A stretch of DNA of 64,000 nucleotides from an uncultured archaeon (GCA_000965745.1 CP009479.1:1152001-1216000); one strand, 5' to 3'; positions 47,895 through 58,929 are shown, numbered from the stretch's first letter. The notes: a model not told the origin generated them from the sequence alone. Numbers and translations: made by a program.

Positions 47895-50800
47895 AATTTT
47901 ATCTCCCTTTTTTTACGCATTCTTCCAAGATATCTTGTTGCCATTACAGCGTAAACAATGATTCCGATCACGATCGCAGCATTTGCCAGAAGCACGAATG
48001 GATTGGAATATCCCAGCGACACCACATGGCTGCCGTATATCTCCCCGTCTGTAAGGAACACCGAGACAGTGATGTAATAGTTCTTGCCGGGTATGATTCC
48101 GGTAATGAAAGCAAAGGTAGTGTTCTGGTTCCCCACAGTGACAGTACGGTACTGGGTCATTGCGTGGCTGGTCGAGATATAAATCTGATAAGCGCCGAAC
48201 TGTGGCCCTGTGTATTTGCTCCATGATACATACCCGAAGTAGAAAAGGAGGGGAAAGGCTCTTCCTATTTTCATGCTCGGGATGTTGGTGATGTTGGTCT
48301 GTTTGGGGTAGAGCTCCACACTGAGGCTTGAAGTCTGAGTACTCGTGATGTTCAGGTTGAGATATTTTGGCTTGTAAAGGGTCTGGTTAAATGAGATGTT
48401 ATAATTTCCCGGGTTCAGGAACATTATGAAGTATCCGCTGTTGTTCGTGTAAGTGTGCTGCGAATCCTTCGTGGCCACATTGACACCGACTATTGGAAAA
48501 CTGTATAGGCCGTCTGTAACGTTGCCGTTGATTACCGCCATGCTTGAAACATTCAGGGGAATAAGCGTCTCCTGCCTGGTGTAATTATTCCCCGGGATCA
48601 CGTCAATTTTGTAGCTTATTGGCTGGTATCCTGGAGAACTTATGGCAACATTGGTTGACTGGGGAGTTATTGAAAGGGTGTGCATTCCCATTATTCCTGT
48701 GGTGTTCTGCCCGTTGATCTCCACTGATGCGTTTCCCGGGAATGTGAAAACAGATACGTTGACGTTCCTCGGGATCAGTGTGGCAGAGTAGTCATGCCCG
48801 CCTGTAATATCGCGGGCGTATGGGTTGAAACCTTTTGAATTAATTGTTATATTGTTTGTGCCGGAGACAACAGGAACAGTGACTTTTCCCTGCGCATTAA
48901 AATGGTAGAACCGGTTCACATTTATCGTGTAATCGGGGGTGCTGTAGTAGCCAAGACCGCTTGATACGGTGATTGCTGAACTTGCCATCGAGGGTAGGTG
49001 TATGAACCTGGTTATCACAAGGCCTGTTCCATACTCCGCAGTTATGTTGTATATGCCACCCGAGGCAAAGGTGTAACTGTTTCCCGTAATGTACTGTCCG
49101 TCGACAAACCACTGTGGAGGGCTGGGCGAAGGGTTGTTGAGAAGTGAGAATGTTCCCACGGGTTTTGCCGAGTATGTCAGGTTATAGAGTACCTCCGTTA
49201 TAGAACCCACATATGTTCCCAGGACCTTGTCAGAAGGTTTGCTGTTGTACAGTACAGAGTAGTTGGAAGCTGATGAGCTTTCGATCTGAATCGTGCTGTA
49301 TTCATGATACCCCGTAGAAGAGTAGTGTGTTTCATAAACCTCCGCCGGTGTCAAATTCGTGTTGTTCTTGTGAATTGTAACTCCGGTGAAAGTCGCATAG
49401 GGAATTCTGGTCATATTGGTGCCTGAAGCTATCTGCTCAGCCCCGAATGACATCCTCGACCGGCCGGCATTTTCAAGAAACAGGTTCAGGTTTGTCTTAT
49501 GGCCATTCTCTGTGAAGTTGAGATACTGGCCGCTGGCACTAAGGTTGAGGTTGAAGCTGTGTGTCGATGATGTAAAGGAACCCAGCGGAGTGAATGACTT
49601 GAATACCTCCCCACCCTGGGATATCATGTACCCTTCAGATATTGTGGAGTTGTTGACCTCGATCCCGAACTTTGCAAAATTGCCGCTGTTGTAATAGGAG
49701 CTGAGGTAATAGAAACTCGTGCCGTTGTAGGTTTCATTTGACGGGTAACCGCCTATGCTGAGTGAAGCAGAGATTCCGGACGAATCATACCCGGTTCCGT
49801 TGATCAGTGCAATAGCACCGTATGGTGACAGTATTTTCTGCGTAGCGTTGATCAGGTCACCTACCTTCGGGGTTCCCAGTCCTGTTACCGGATCCCAGCC
49901 GGTGGTGGCATTGTAGTACCCGTTGTTTCCAGCGGTGATATCCTGAAAACTTGTCTTGTACATTGGCGTGTTGGAGATCTGGTATAGAAGTGGGTTTACG
50001 AAACCAAGTGATCTGTGCGACACCTGATCAATGAGGCTGATTACATCAGCCCACATCGGTGAGGATATGCTGGTCCCTCCGATCTTGTATGGTTTTGCCT
50101 CGGAAATGACAAGCATCCCTGTATTCTTGTTCGCGTTCATGGAGACATCAGGAGTGCCCCTGTAAGCAGAGCCGAAACCCGGGGCAACCTGCCACCATGG
50201 CCTGGAAAAGTAACTGCTGTACCCCCCTCCACTTCCGTACGTGCTTCCATCAAGTATTCCTCCCCATGCACTCTGTTCAAAATGGTTATTGACCGGATAG
50301 AGTGAAGTTCCACCTATGGCAAGCACATACGGGTCTGATGACGGGAAATTGACAGTAAGTGTCTTCTGCTGATCGTAAGCACCGTAGTCTCCAGTTGCAG
50401 CCAGCACTGAAATTCCACTGTCTGCAGCATACTTGTAAACCTGTGAGAACGTGTTAAGTCCCTGGGTACCAAGCTGGGATTCCGGGAGGCCCCAGCTCAA
50501 TGATATGATGTTTGCAAGGCGGTGGGAAATTACATAACTCACGGCATTGTCCAGCGTACTGACATTGGCGTTCTGGGCTATTACCAGAACTATCCTTGCA
50601 CCCGGTGCAAGTGCATGAGCCCATTCAACATCAGTTGCAGTCTCAATGGACCAGCTGTTGTTATACCCTGCCGGATGGTAATTGTTCGGGTAAACAACAG
50701 TGAGGTTGGTGGGCGGGAGGCCCGTGAGGTTGTCAAAGGCATTCACGTCGTATTTTATCAGGGGATCGCCGTAAGCATCAACTAGCGCTATGGTGGTCCC

Positions 50801-51289
50801 TTTGCCGGTGATATTGTGCTGCAGGGGATATGTGAAGTTGTAAGCCCTGCGTATATCGCTTGGGAGATACTCGTTCGCTGTCTGCTGCAGGGGGGATGCG
50901 TTTGAAACCTGGTATAGCGCCGGGAATGCTACTGCACTCCCGTTGTTCACATAATACTGTATGCCAAAGTCCTGTTTAAGAATATTAAGTTCTCCAGTGA
51001 TCTGGGAGCTGGCGGCGGCAGGCATGTTAAATGAAGAGAGAAGACCGTACGATTGGATTCCGATTCCCCTGTAGGAAAGGAAATCTGCGAGTATGTTTCC
51101 GGCCACTGCATTTCCGGGAGGTACAAAAACAGAAACCTCAGTGGTGTTTCCTGTGAAGTGATTTTGTGTCTCAAAATTAGTTACAGCAAATACTGGAACA
51201 TTAACTGACGGGTGGAGGACAGGTTGCAGCTGCAATACGACAAGAGCTAACAGAATCAGTGCAGCAAGCCCCCTTTTTTTACTGATCAC
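47891..51289 (-). CDS. S53 sedolisin-family peptidase, large membrane-anchored surface protease
   Basis: ETATD, ATGDYG, GGTSISSP, GWDPVTGLGTP; signal peptide; Ig/FnIII-like tail; C-terminal TM with basic tail. Confidence 0.92.
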   Translation of the reverse strand: MISKKRGLAALILLALVVLQLQPVLHPSVNVPVFAVTNFETQNHFTGNTTEVSVFVPPGNAVAGNILADFLSYRGIGIQSYGLLSSFNMPAAASSQITGELNILKQDFGIQYYVNNGSAVAFPALYQVSNASPLQQTANEYLPSDIRRAYNFTYPLQHNITGKGTTIALVDAYGDPLIKYDVNAFDNLTGLPPTNLTVVYPNNYHPAGYNNSWSIETATDVEWAHALAPGARIVLVIAQNANVSTLDNAVSYVISHRLANIISLSWGLPESQLGTQGLNTFSQVYKYAADSGISVLAATGDYGAYDQQKTLTVNFPSSDPYVLAIGGTSLYPVNNHFEQSAWGGILDGSTYGSGGGYSSYFSRPWWQVAPGFGSAYRGTPDVSMNANKNTGMLVISEAKPYKIGGTSISSPMWADVISLIDQVSHRSLGFVNPLLYQISNTPMYKTSFQDITAGNNGYYNATTGWDPVTGLGTPKVGDLINATQKILSPYGAIALINGTGYDSSGISASLSIGGYPSNETYNGTSFYYLSSYYNSGNFAKFGIEVNNSTISEGYMISQGGEVFKSFTPLGSFTSSTHSFNLNLSASGQYLNFTENGHKTNLNLFLENAGRSRMSFGAEQIASGTNMTRIPYATFTGVTIHKNNTNLTPAEVYETHYSSTGYHEYSTIQIESSSASNYSVLYNSKPSDKVLGTYVGSITEVLYNLTYSAKPVGTFSLLNNPSPSPPQWFVDGQYITGNSYTFASGGIYNITAEYGTGLVITRFIHLPSMASSAITVSSGLGYYSTPDYTINVNRFYHFNAQGKVTVPVVSGTNNITINSKGFNPYARDITGGHDYSATLIPRNVNVSVFTFPGNASVEINGQNTTGIMGMHTLSITPQSTNVAISSPGYQPISYKIDVIPGNNYTRQETLIPLNVSSMAVINGNVTDGLYSFPIVGVNVATKDSQHTYTNNSGYFIMFLNPGNYNISFNQTLYKPKYLNLNITSTQTSSLSVELYPKQTNITNIPSMKIGRAFPLLFYFGYVSWSKYTGPQFGAYQIYISTSHAMTQYRTVTVGNQNTTFAFITGIIPGKNYYITVSVFLTDGEIYGSHVVSLGYSNPFVLLANAAIVIGIIVYAVMATRYLGRMRKKREIKF

Positions 51290-51336
51290 GGCACCCCTAT
51301 CACAAACATAATTAAAATATTATTATATTTAGCTTC

Positions 51337-52383
51337 ATGGGCGAAAGAGAGTCCGAATTTAAGCTGAAAAACTATTTCTTCAAGTATTATGACAGCTGGA
51401 CTCTCAGATCTCCTGAACTTCTCCAGTCAAGAGAGATAGGTTATATTCCTTTCTTCGGCACAATGACCAGGCACAGGAAGGTTAACAGCACTAAAGAGAT
51501 GGACAGTTTTGTCAAGTCTGCGGTGCCAAGGCACCTCTACTATTCGTCAGCTTATTACAGGAAACCCGATGAAAAGAGAATGCAGGACAAGGAATGGCTT
51601 GGCGCTGAGCTTATCTTTGATCTCGATGCCGATCACGTTGAAACTGGCAGGAAGATCACCTATGAGCAAACTCTTGCTCTTATTAAAGAGCATACAATAA
51701 GGCTGATTGACAAGTTTCTCATAAAAACACTCGGGTTCGATGAATCTGAGATCAAGGTTTTCTTCTCAGGGGGCAGAGGGTACCATGTACATATACTAAG
51801 TGAAAGGGTGTACTCAATGACTTCAGATTCCAGGAGGGAGATCGCCAGTTACATCAGGGGTGAAGGGGTCACGCTGGATGAATTTCTCAAGACCTACAAG
51901 TCAACACCCCTGGACCATGGGGGGTGGGCACAGGAAGTAGCCTGGACAATTCTCTCTGAAATGGGCCCATCTCCCTCAGGCAACGGTAAAATCTCCGATC
52001 AGGTCATGGACCTCAAGTCTGCAGGGGTAAGGAAGCAAAAAGCAGTTGCAAAGGCCATAGAGGAGATGAAGTCTGCAAATATGGCCGAGATAGACGAACC
52101 TGTAACAACCGATGTCCACCGGCTCATCCGATATCCCGGCAGCCTGCATGGCAAGACAGGCTTCGAGGTGAAGGAGGTGGCGCTCGACGATTTGCCAAGC
52201 TTCGAGCCTTTGATGGAATGCATACCCGAAATTTTCACAGTGGGCGAAGAGGAAATAGAAGTACCTGCACCCTTCAAGATATCACTGCTTGACGAGAAGC
52301 ACGAGCTTGCCAGGGGAAAAAACACCGTCCCCCTTCATGTGGCGTTGTACTCAGTTTTGTCGGGGAAAGCACAATTTATATGA
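51337..52383 (+). CDS. priS: DNA primase small (catalytic) subunit
   Basis: ELIFDLDADH, FSGGRGYHVH, IDEPVTTDVHRLIRYPGSLHGKTG. Confidence 0.96.
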   Translation: MGERESEFKLKNYFFKYYDSWTLRSPELLQSREIGYIPFFGTMTRHRKVNSTKEMDSFVKSAVPRHLYYSSAYYRKPDEKRMQDKEWLGAELIFDLDADHVETGRKITYEQTLALIKEHTIRLIDKFLIKTLGFDESEIKVFFSGGRGYHVHILSERVYSMTSDSRREIASYIRGEGVTLDEFLKTYKSTPLDHGGWAQEVAWTILSEMGPSPSGNGKISDQVMDLKSAGVRKQKAVAKAIEEMKSANMAEIDEPVTTDVHRLIRYPGSLHGKTGFEVKEVALDDLPSFEPLMECIPEIFTVGEEEIEVPAPFKISLLDEKHELARGKNTVPLHVALYSVLSGKAQFI

Positions 52384-52451
52384 AATATTGATTGATAGTT
52401 ACTATCAGAAATATTTATTACCGGAGTCTCAATCAAGATCCTGGTGAATAA

Positions 52452-52877
52452 ATGGAGCTTAAAAACAGCAAAACTCTGGAAAACCTCAAAGCCGGATTTG
52501 CAGGCGAATCTCAGGCGAACAGGAGATACCTGTACTTCGCCCAGAAGGCTGACGAGGAGGGAAATCAGGAAATAGCGCAGGTATTCCGTTCAACTGCCGA
52601 TGGTGAGACGGCTCATGCATTCGGCCATATGAAGTACCTGGCAACTGTGGGTGACCCTGTAACAGGAGAACCAGTTGGAACCACGGAACAGAACCTCAAA
52701 TCTGCCATAGCCGGAGAGACCTACGAGTACACCCAGATGTACCCTGGATTTGCCAAGTCAGCAAGGGAAGAGGGCTTTGACGACATAGCGCACTGGTTTG
52801 AAGTTCTGTCAAAGGCAGAAAAGTCCCACGCCAAAAAGTATGAAGACACGCTTGAGAAACTGCAGCAGTCACAGTAA
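52452..52877 (+). CDS. Rubrerythrin (short, lacks rubredoxin domain)
   Basis: AGESQANRRY, ETAH, GETYEY and EKSH di-iron ligands. Confidence 0.95.
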   Translation: MELKNSKTLENLKAGFAGESQANRRYLYFAQKADEEGNQEIAQVFRSTADGETAHAFGHMKYLATVGDPVTGEPVGTTEQNLKSAIAGETYEYTQMYPGFAKSAREEGFDDIAHWFEVLSKAEKSHAKKYEDTLEKLQQSQ

Positions 52878-52879
52878 AT

Positions 52880-53461
52880 ATGTCACAGAAAATACTAAGG
52901 GAAGATATCCTTCCCCCGGACACTTATTCGAAAAACAGGAATGAGGTCAACGCAGAGGTAATCAAGAAAATCAAGCTCAGGCGTCTAACAACAAAGACCT
53001 TCAGTTTCCTTTTTGAAGACAAGGATACGGTTCTTAACCAGATCAATGAGATGGTATTCCTTGAGAACATAAAGGATGAAGAGGAGATTGACAGGCTGAT
53101 TGAAGTGTACAGTGAACAGCTGCCTGGTGACAGTGAACTGAGTGTTTCAATGTTTATCGAGTTTGAGGACGAAAACCAGATGGTAAAGGAACTCCCAAGA
53201 CTGGCTGGCATTGAGCAGTCCGTCTACCTTACATTTGATGGGAATGAACTGAGGGGAATCCCAGAAGAAGGGCGGTCAACCGAAGTCCTGGAATCAACAC
53301 TGCAGTACCTGAAGTTCCAGTTTACATCGAGTCTTCTGGAGAAGTTTCTCACTTCAAAGAACGTGTACATTGAGACAAGGCACAAGACGTACCAGGAGAT
53401 TGCAAAGATAACGCCTGAGCTTCTTGAACAGCTCAAGGAAGAACTCAGGCAGGATCACTAA
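52880..53461 (+). CDS. DUF3501 family protein
   Basis: FLFEDKDTVLNQINEMVFLE, LSVSMFIE, QYLKF; directly after rubrerythrin. Confidence 0.85.
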   Translation: MSQKILREDILPPDTYSKNRNEVNAEVIKKIKLRRLTTKTFSFLFEDKDTVLNQINEMVFLENIKDEEEIDRLIEVYSEQLPGDSELSVSMFIEFEDENQMVKELPRLAGIEQSVYLTFDGNELRGIPEEGRSTEVLESTLQYLKFQFTSSLLEKFLTSKNVYIETRHKTYQEIAKITPELLEQLKEELRQDH

Positions 53462-53608
53462 CCAATATTTTTTTTACCGAACTGATAGAATTCCACAGGA
53501 CTCCTGATGTTATCCGAGCGGCAGCATCACCATATGCTATGCTGTAACATTACCGGTGACTCTAAAGAAAACATAATAAAGTGAAGCCCCATCTAAACTT
53601 GATTACAT

Positions 53609-54754
53609 ATGGATACCATTCATTTGTCTGAGCCTGAAAAAGATGTTCTGAAGTACGTCACACAATTTGCTCAGAAAGAGGTGAAGCCTCTCGCAAGGGA
53701 AATTGACGCGAATATGACAGTTCCCCGGAAGCTGATAGACAGGATGAATGAACTTGGCCTCTTTGCAAGTTATATCCCTGAGGAATATGGAGGGGCAGGC
53801 CTGAGTTTCAGTTTTCTTGTAAGAGTCATAGAAGAACTTTCCAAGGCATGCCCGAGCACAGCTCTTGTCCTGGACGGTGCACTTACCCTTTTCGCAGAGC
53901 CCCTGATAATGTTCGGGTCAGAGGAACTTAAGAAGAGGTACCTCACAAGGATTGCAAAGGGTGCAGTCGGCGGGCTTGCTTTAACGGAAACTTCTGCAGG
54001 AAGCGATGCCGCTGCAATCAAGACGACTGCCGAAAAGAAAGGAGGCAAATACATCATCAACGGCAGCAAGATGTTCATTTCAAACGGGAGCATTGCTGAG
54101 TTTTTTGTTGTTGATACGGTAACAGACAAGGAGAAAGGTTACAAGGGGATCACGACCTTCGTCGTTGACAAGGGTACACCGGGGTTTGAAATAGGGCGCG
54201 AAATTCACAAGATGGGAATACGCGGCAGCAGCACCGTTGAGCTTTCATTAAACAACGTTGAAATACCCGAGAGCAACATGGTTGGGAAGCTCAACGAAGG
54301 GTTCAAAGTGGTCATGGAAACTCTCGACGCTGGAAGGATAGGCATAGCTGCACAGGCCCTCGGAATAGCACAGACAGCCTTCGACGAGGCACTGGAATAC
54401 ATCAAGGACAGGAAGCAGTTCGGAAGGAGCATCTCGGACTTTCAAGGCATAAAATTCATGATCGCAGATATGGCCACCCAGCTGGAGGCTGCTAGATTGA
54501 TCACATACAGGGCTGCGGACATGTGGACGAACCATGAAGACACAATAAAGGTCGCGTCCATGGCCAAGATGTTTGCGTCCGACATGGCCATGAAGGTAAC
54601 CACAGATTCTCTTCAGCTATTCGGTGGATACGGATTTACCACGGACCTAGACGCTGAAAGGCACATGCGTGACGCTAAGATAACCCAGATATACGAGGGG
54701 ACAAATCAGATCCAGAGGGACATAATAGCCAGGGAAATACTGAAAGGCAAGTGA
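53609..54754 (+). CDS. Acyl-CoA dehydrogenase
   Basis: ALTETSAGSD, NGSKMFISNG, KMGIRGS, RKQFG, IYEGTNQIQR. Confidence 0.96.
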   Translation: MDTIHLSEPEKDVLKYVTQFAQKEVKPLAREIDANMTVPRKLIDRMNELGLFASYIPEEYGGAGLSFSFLVRVIEELSKACPSTALVLDGALTLFAEPLIMFGSEELKKRYLTRIAKGAVGGLALTETSAGSDAAAIKTTAEKKGGKYIINGSKMFISNGSIAEFFVVDTVTDKEKGYKGITTFVVDKGTPGFEIGREIHKMGIRGSSTVELSLNNVEIPESNMVGKLNEGFKVVMETLDAGRIGIAAQALGIAQTAFDEALEYIKDRKQFGRSISDFQGIKFMIADMATQLEAARLITYRAADMWTNHEDTIKVASMAKMFASDMAMKVTTDSLQLFGGYGFTTDLDAERHMRDAKITQIYEGTNQIQRDIIAREILKGK

Positions 54755-54760
54755 TGTTCC

Positions 54761-55573
54761 ATGATCTATCTGGGCTGCTCAGGCTGGAGCTATCCTGACT
54801 GGGTAGGCCCATTTTACCCTAGAAAGGCTACCGAAAAGCTCAGTTTTTACTCCGGAATCTTCAACACCGTTGAGATAAACACCACATTCTACAGAATCCC
54901 AGACGCGGGAATGGTCACTGGATGGATGAAGCGGGTCTCAAACAGGGACTTCAAGTTCTCCGTAAAATTTCCCGGGCAGGTGACCCATAAAGATATTCTC
55001 GGCGACCTTGAACGGGCGGTGACAACATCAGTGGATTTTGAAGAGAGGTACCTCAAGCCTATGGCCATGGAAAACAGGCTCGCGGCTGTACTTCTTCAGC
55101 TCCCGCCATATTTTACAATCAAGAGCACGCACAGGCTGGCCACTTTACTCAAAAGCCTCAACACCGATGCGATAGGGTATTTTGTTGAACCACGGCATCA
55201 AACGCTCTACGGCAACAGTCAATTCCGGGAGGAGATTGCCAGCGCTGGTGCAGGTGTTGTGGAAATAGACGGGCCAGAGAAAGAGTTCCTGGACATTTCA
55301 TCCACTGGAAAGAGTTTCTACATGAGGCTTCATGGCAGGAACTATGACCTCTGGAACAGGAAAACTGACACTCCCTCGGAGAGATACGATTATGAATACT
55401 CGACAGAAGACCTCAAACCGATATCGGAAGTCATCAGGAAGAACATCGGGAAGTATGAGGACGCGTTCATTTATTTCAACAATCACCCCCGGGGAAAAGC
55501 TCCAAGGAACGCAATGGCACTTTCAACCCTCCTCGGACTGCCCCGGGACACCCCCCAGAAAAGGCTGATATAA
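54761..55573 (+). CDS. DUF72 domain protein
   Basis: GCSGWSY, TVEINTTFY, LLQLPP, YMRLHGRN, YFNNH. Confidence 0.93.
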   Translation: MIYLGCSGWSYPDWVGPFYPRKATEKLSFYSGIFNTVEINTTFYRIPDAGMVTGWMKRVSNRDFKFSVKFPGQVTHKDILGDLERAVTTSVDFEERYLKPMAMENRLAAVLLQLPPYFTIKSTHRLATLLKSLNTDAIGYFVEPRHQTLYGNSQFREEIASAGAGVVEIDGPEKEFLDISSTGKSFYMRLHGRNYDLWNRKTDTPSERYDYEYSTEDLKPISEVIRKNIGKYEDAFIYFNNHPRGKAPRNAMALSTLLGLPRDTPQKRLI

Positions 55574-55657
55574 TCCTGCACTTGAGCGATGCACTCAACT
55601 GTGGGCCGACACACTAATTATTTATCATAAGCTCATATTTCTACCTGTTCGAGTTAT

Positions 55658-56896
55658 ATGTCAGATAACAGAGAGTCATTGAAGTTAAGGAAAATCAGGT
55701 TTGTGTACAAGGGGGCGGAGCAGGAAGGCACCCTTATCCATGAAAACTCCGGCTTATTGACAATTAAACTGAAAAGCGGATATAACATAGTTGCAGAAAA
55801 GGGGGCCGTGGAAATTAAAGAAGAATCGCTTGAAGAGGCTCCACAGGCCCGCTCTTCAAAAGACACCTTCATCGGCAGCGGCCCCGGGAAGGTCACGATA
55901 GTTGCAACAGGCGGAACTATATCGAGCCGGGTGGATTACTCAACAGGGGCGGTCACTCCCTCTAACGACATCAGCTTCCTCAAGTCCACAGTGACAGATC
56001 TCGAGAGAAGGTTCACGGTTGAGCTGGAAAGCAGGGACAACATCCTGAGTGAAAATATGACCCCGGAGAAATGGGTCAACATTGTGAGATGGGTCAAGGA
56101 AGGCCTGAAGAAGTCGCACGGGGTTATAGTATCCCATGGGACAGACACAATGTCCTACACCGCTTCCGCTGTGTCATTCATGCTCGAGAAGCAGTCCGGA
56201 CCGGTTATATTTGTAGGCTCCCAGAGGAGCCCGGACAGGCCCAGCAGCGACGCCTTCACCAATATAGAGGCCGCAATACATTTTGCATCCGCTGAAATAG
56301 GTGACGTGGGCATTTCGATGCACAGCGGGAATTCAGACAACAAGATCTCACTGCTCCGGGCAACAAGGTCAAGGAAAATGCACTCCTCGAGGAGGGATGC
56401 GTTTCATTCAATAGGTGAGGAGCCCATGGCATTCTACTCCGACGGCAGTGTGGTGATAAACCGCCTGAGCAAGAGGCCCGATGACGAAACGGTCATCAAT
56501 GACCGCCTCGACAGTTCTGTCGGCCTTATGTATTTTCATCCCTCACTCAGCCCTGAAGATCTGATGAATTACAGTGAAAACAAGAAAGCTGTAATCTTGA
56601 TGGGGACGGGGCTGGGCCATGCTGCCGACAGGCTTATTGGTCCCATAAGGGAAATGACAAGAGAGGGAAAGCAGATAGTAATGACCACTCAATGCATAAG
56701 CGGTACAACAAACCTGAACGTATATTCAACAGGAAGAAAACTCCTTGACGCAGGGGTTCTGGAAATGGGGAACGTCGTCCCTGAGATCGCATACGTAAAG
56801 GCGATGTATGTCCTGGCAAACTACGATTTCAATGACTTTGGGAAAATAATGAAGACAAATCTGAGAGGGGAATTGCTCACAAGGGAGGAGTTGTGA
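55658..56896 (+). CDS. gatD: Glu-tRNA(Gln) amidotransferase subunit D
   Basis: KLKSGYNI, TGGTISSRVDY, HGTDT, GSQRSPDRPSSD. Confidence 0.96.
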   Translation: MSDNRESLKLRKIRFVYKGAEQEGTLIHENSGLLTIKLKSGYNIVAEKGAVEIKEESLEEAPQARSSKDTFIGSGPGKVTIVATGGTISSRVDYSTGAVTPSNDISFLKSTVTDLERRFTVELESRDNILSENMTPEKWVNIVRWVKEGLKKSHGVIVSHGTDTMSYTASAVSFMLEKQSGPVIFVGSQRSPDRPSSDAFTNIEAAIHFASAEIGDVGISMHSGNSDNKISLLRATRSRKMHSSRRDAFHSIGEEPMAFYSDGSVVINRLSKRPDDETVINDRLDSSVGLMYFHPSLSPEDLMNYSENKKAVILMGTGLGHAADRLIGPIREMTREGKQIVMTTQCISGTTNLNVYSTGRKLLDAGVLEMGNVVPEIAYVKAMYVLANYDFNDFGKIMKTNLRGELLTREEL

Positions 56897-56900
56897 TCCC

Positions 56901-58751
56901 ATGGCGTCAGGAGAAAAGGGAAAAGCACCCAAAGAAAGCAAAGTGATGATCGGACTGGAAATACATTTCCAGCTGAAGGGAAAGAAACTCTTCTGCGACT
57001 GCAGTACCGAGAGCTACGGCGTGCAGAAAACCTCTTTCGAGAGGATACTTTCTCCAACTGCAAGTGAAATGGGTTTCTACGATCCCGCAGCAGAATATGA
57101 GAAGACGAGGGACAGGAAGTTCAGATATGTCTCCACAGACAACAGCTGCCTGGTTGAAGCGGACGAGGAACCTCCTCATTCGCCGAATGAAGATGCTATT
57201 GCAACGGGTATGATGGTTGCAGGCTCGCTAAACTGCAGGCCCCTCGACTCAGTGATGTTCATGAGGAAGGTCGTGGTTGACGGCTCAAACACTTCTGGAT
57301 TTCAGAGAACAGCGGTTGTTGGCTTCGACGGAAAGATGGAAACGAGCAGGGGGCCTGTGAGAATCTCAAGTGTCTGCGTTGAGGAAGACTCGGCAAGAAA
57401 AATAGAACAGGACAGGAAGGTGGAGGAGGACGTTCTTTACTCTCTGGACAGGCTTGGCATACCTCTTCTTGAAATTGTAACGGAACCGGATATACTCGAT
57501 GCGGAACATGCAGTGGAAGTGGCCAAGTCGATAGGCTTCATAGTCGCATCCACTGGTAGATCGAGAAGGCAGGTGGATTCAATAAGGCAGGACGTGAACA
57601 TTTCACTCGGCTTCGGCAGGGTTGAAATTAAGGGGATCCAGAAACTGTCCCTGATTGGAAAATCGATCTCGCATGAGATAGAAAGGCAGAGAAATATGAG
57701 GGATGCAATGGAGATTCTCAAAAAGAGAGGAGGCATGAAAAGGCCCATAATGTTTTCCGAAGCAGGGAAATATTTTGAGAAAACCGAGTCTAAGATGCTG
57801 AAGAATGCATTCAGGAACCGGCTGTCCATATACGCATCAGTAGGGTCCAATCTGGACGGCCTGCTCAAGAATGACCAGTTCAGGGTAGGGAAGGACCTTT
57901 CCGATATTGCCAAGGCATTCGGCCTCGGAGGCATTCTCCATACCGACGAACTTCCGGCATTCGGCATAACTGGCAAGGAAGTGGAGATGGCCAGAGAGGA
58001 GCTTTCACCAGGGGATGAGGACGCAATTATTTTCGTTATAGCAGACAAAAGTAAAGCGGGCAAACTTTCAGACGCCTTCACCTCAAGAATTAAGAAATTG
58101 TCAAGCCTCGATTTCTCCGAGACGAGGGGTCCACTTGAAGACGGGTCCACAAAATTCCTGAGGCCGCTGCCAGGGAAGGACAGAATGTATCCCGAAACAG
58201 ATGTCCCTATTGTCCAGATTGGCAGTGATGCACGCCAGAGAATCAGCGAGTTCGTTCCAAGGAGCGAGGAGGAGATCGCTAAGGACCTCTCTGAAGAGTT
58301 TTCAATTTCGTTGCAGGACGCAAGGACGATAGCATCCAACTTTCTTCTCGACGATTTCCGCGATCTGACTGAAACAACAAAGGACGGAAAACTCTCCGCA
58401 AGGATCATGCTGCAGACAATTCCGGAAATGGAGAAGAAGCACAAAGCCAGTTTCGAAACAGGGGAGCTCAACAGGCTCCTCAAAATCTCGACAGAAATGG
58501 GTTGGTCCCGGAACACACTTGAGAATGCCATGGAGGTAATGCTCACCAGGAAACTTGACGCCAAACAGAGTGCAAAGGAAGTACAGGAAGCCTCACTGTC
58601 GGAAGGAGATCTCATGGTCCTGGTGAAGGAGATCGCTGATGCGTCAGGCAAGGAAATAAAGCCCGGAACTCTGATCGCGATGCTTAAGCAGAAGACGAAA
58701 AAGTCCTTCGATCCCAAGGAAGCAATCGAGATTCTTGAGAAGCTTAAGTGA
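56901..58751 (+). CDS. gatE: Glu-tRNA(Gln) amidotransferase subunit E
   Basis: GLEIHFQL, DEEPPH, RKVVVDGSNTSGFQRT, RPLPGKDRMYPETD. Confidence 0.96.
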   Translation: MASGEKGKAPKESKVMIGLEIHFQLKGKKLFCDCSTESYGVQKTSFERILSPTASEMGFYDPAAEYEKTRDRKFRYVSTDNSCLVEADEEPPHSPNEDAIATGMMVAGSLNCRPLDSVMFMRKVVVDGSNTSGFQRTAVVGFDGKMETSRGPVRISSVCVEEDSARKIEQDRKVEEDVLYSLDRLGIPLLEIVTEPDILDAEHAVEVAKSIGFIVASTGRSRRQVDSIRQDVNISLGFGRVEIKGIQKLSLIGKSISHEIERQRNMRDAMEILKKRGGMKRPIMFSEAGKYFEKTESKMLKNAFRNRLSIYASVGSNLDGLLKNDQFRVGKDLSDIAKAFGLGGILHTDELPAFGITGKEVEMAREELSPGDEDAIIFVIADKSKAGKLSDAFTSRIKKLSSLDFSETRGPLEDGSTKFLRPLPGKDRMYPETDVPIVQIGSDARQRISEFVPRSEEEIAKDLSEEFSISLQDARTIASNFLLDDFRDLTETTKDGKLSARIMLQTIPEMEKKHKASFETGELNRLLKISTEMGWSRNTLENAMEVMLTRKLDAKQSAKEVQEASLSEGDLMVLVKEIADASGKEIKPGTLIAMLKQKTKKSFDPKEAIEILEKLK

Positions 58752-58929
58752 TTTATTTTAATCACTATATAATATTTTCTCCTGTTGACATGATCACAGT
58801 GTCCTATCTGAGAAAAATTTAAATAGTCAGTCAAAGAAATTTAATACTGACAATTTCCAATTTTTTAGCTGTTAAGCTCCATTAAAAGCTTGTAAACAAT
58901 ACTTAAATATCGCGTGACGATTACAGAAT

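Noticed and set aside
57437-58834. 465-aa minus-strand ORF
   Set aside because: Antisense shadow of gatE with Ser/Leu/Phe-rich composition and no motifs. The same applies to the many short antisense ORFs inside the confident genes.
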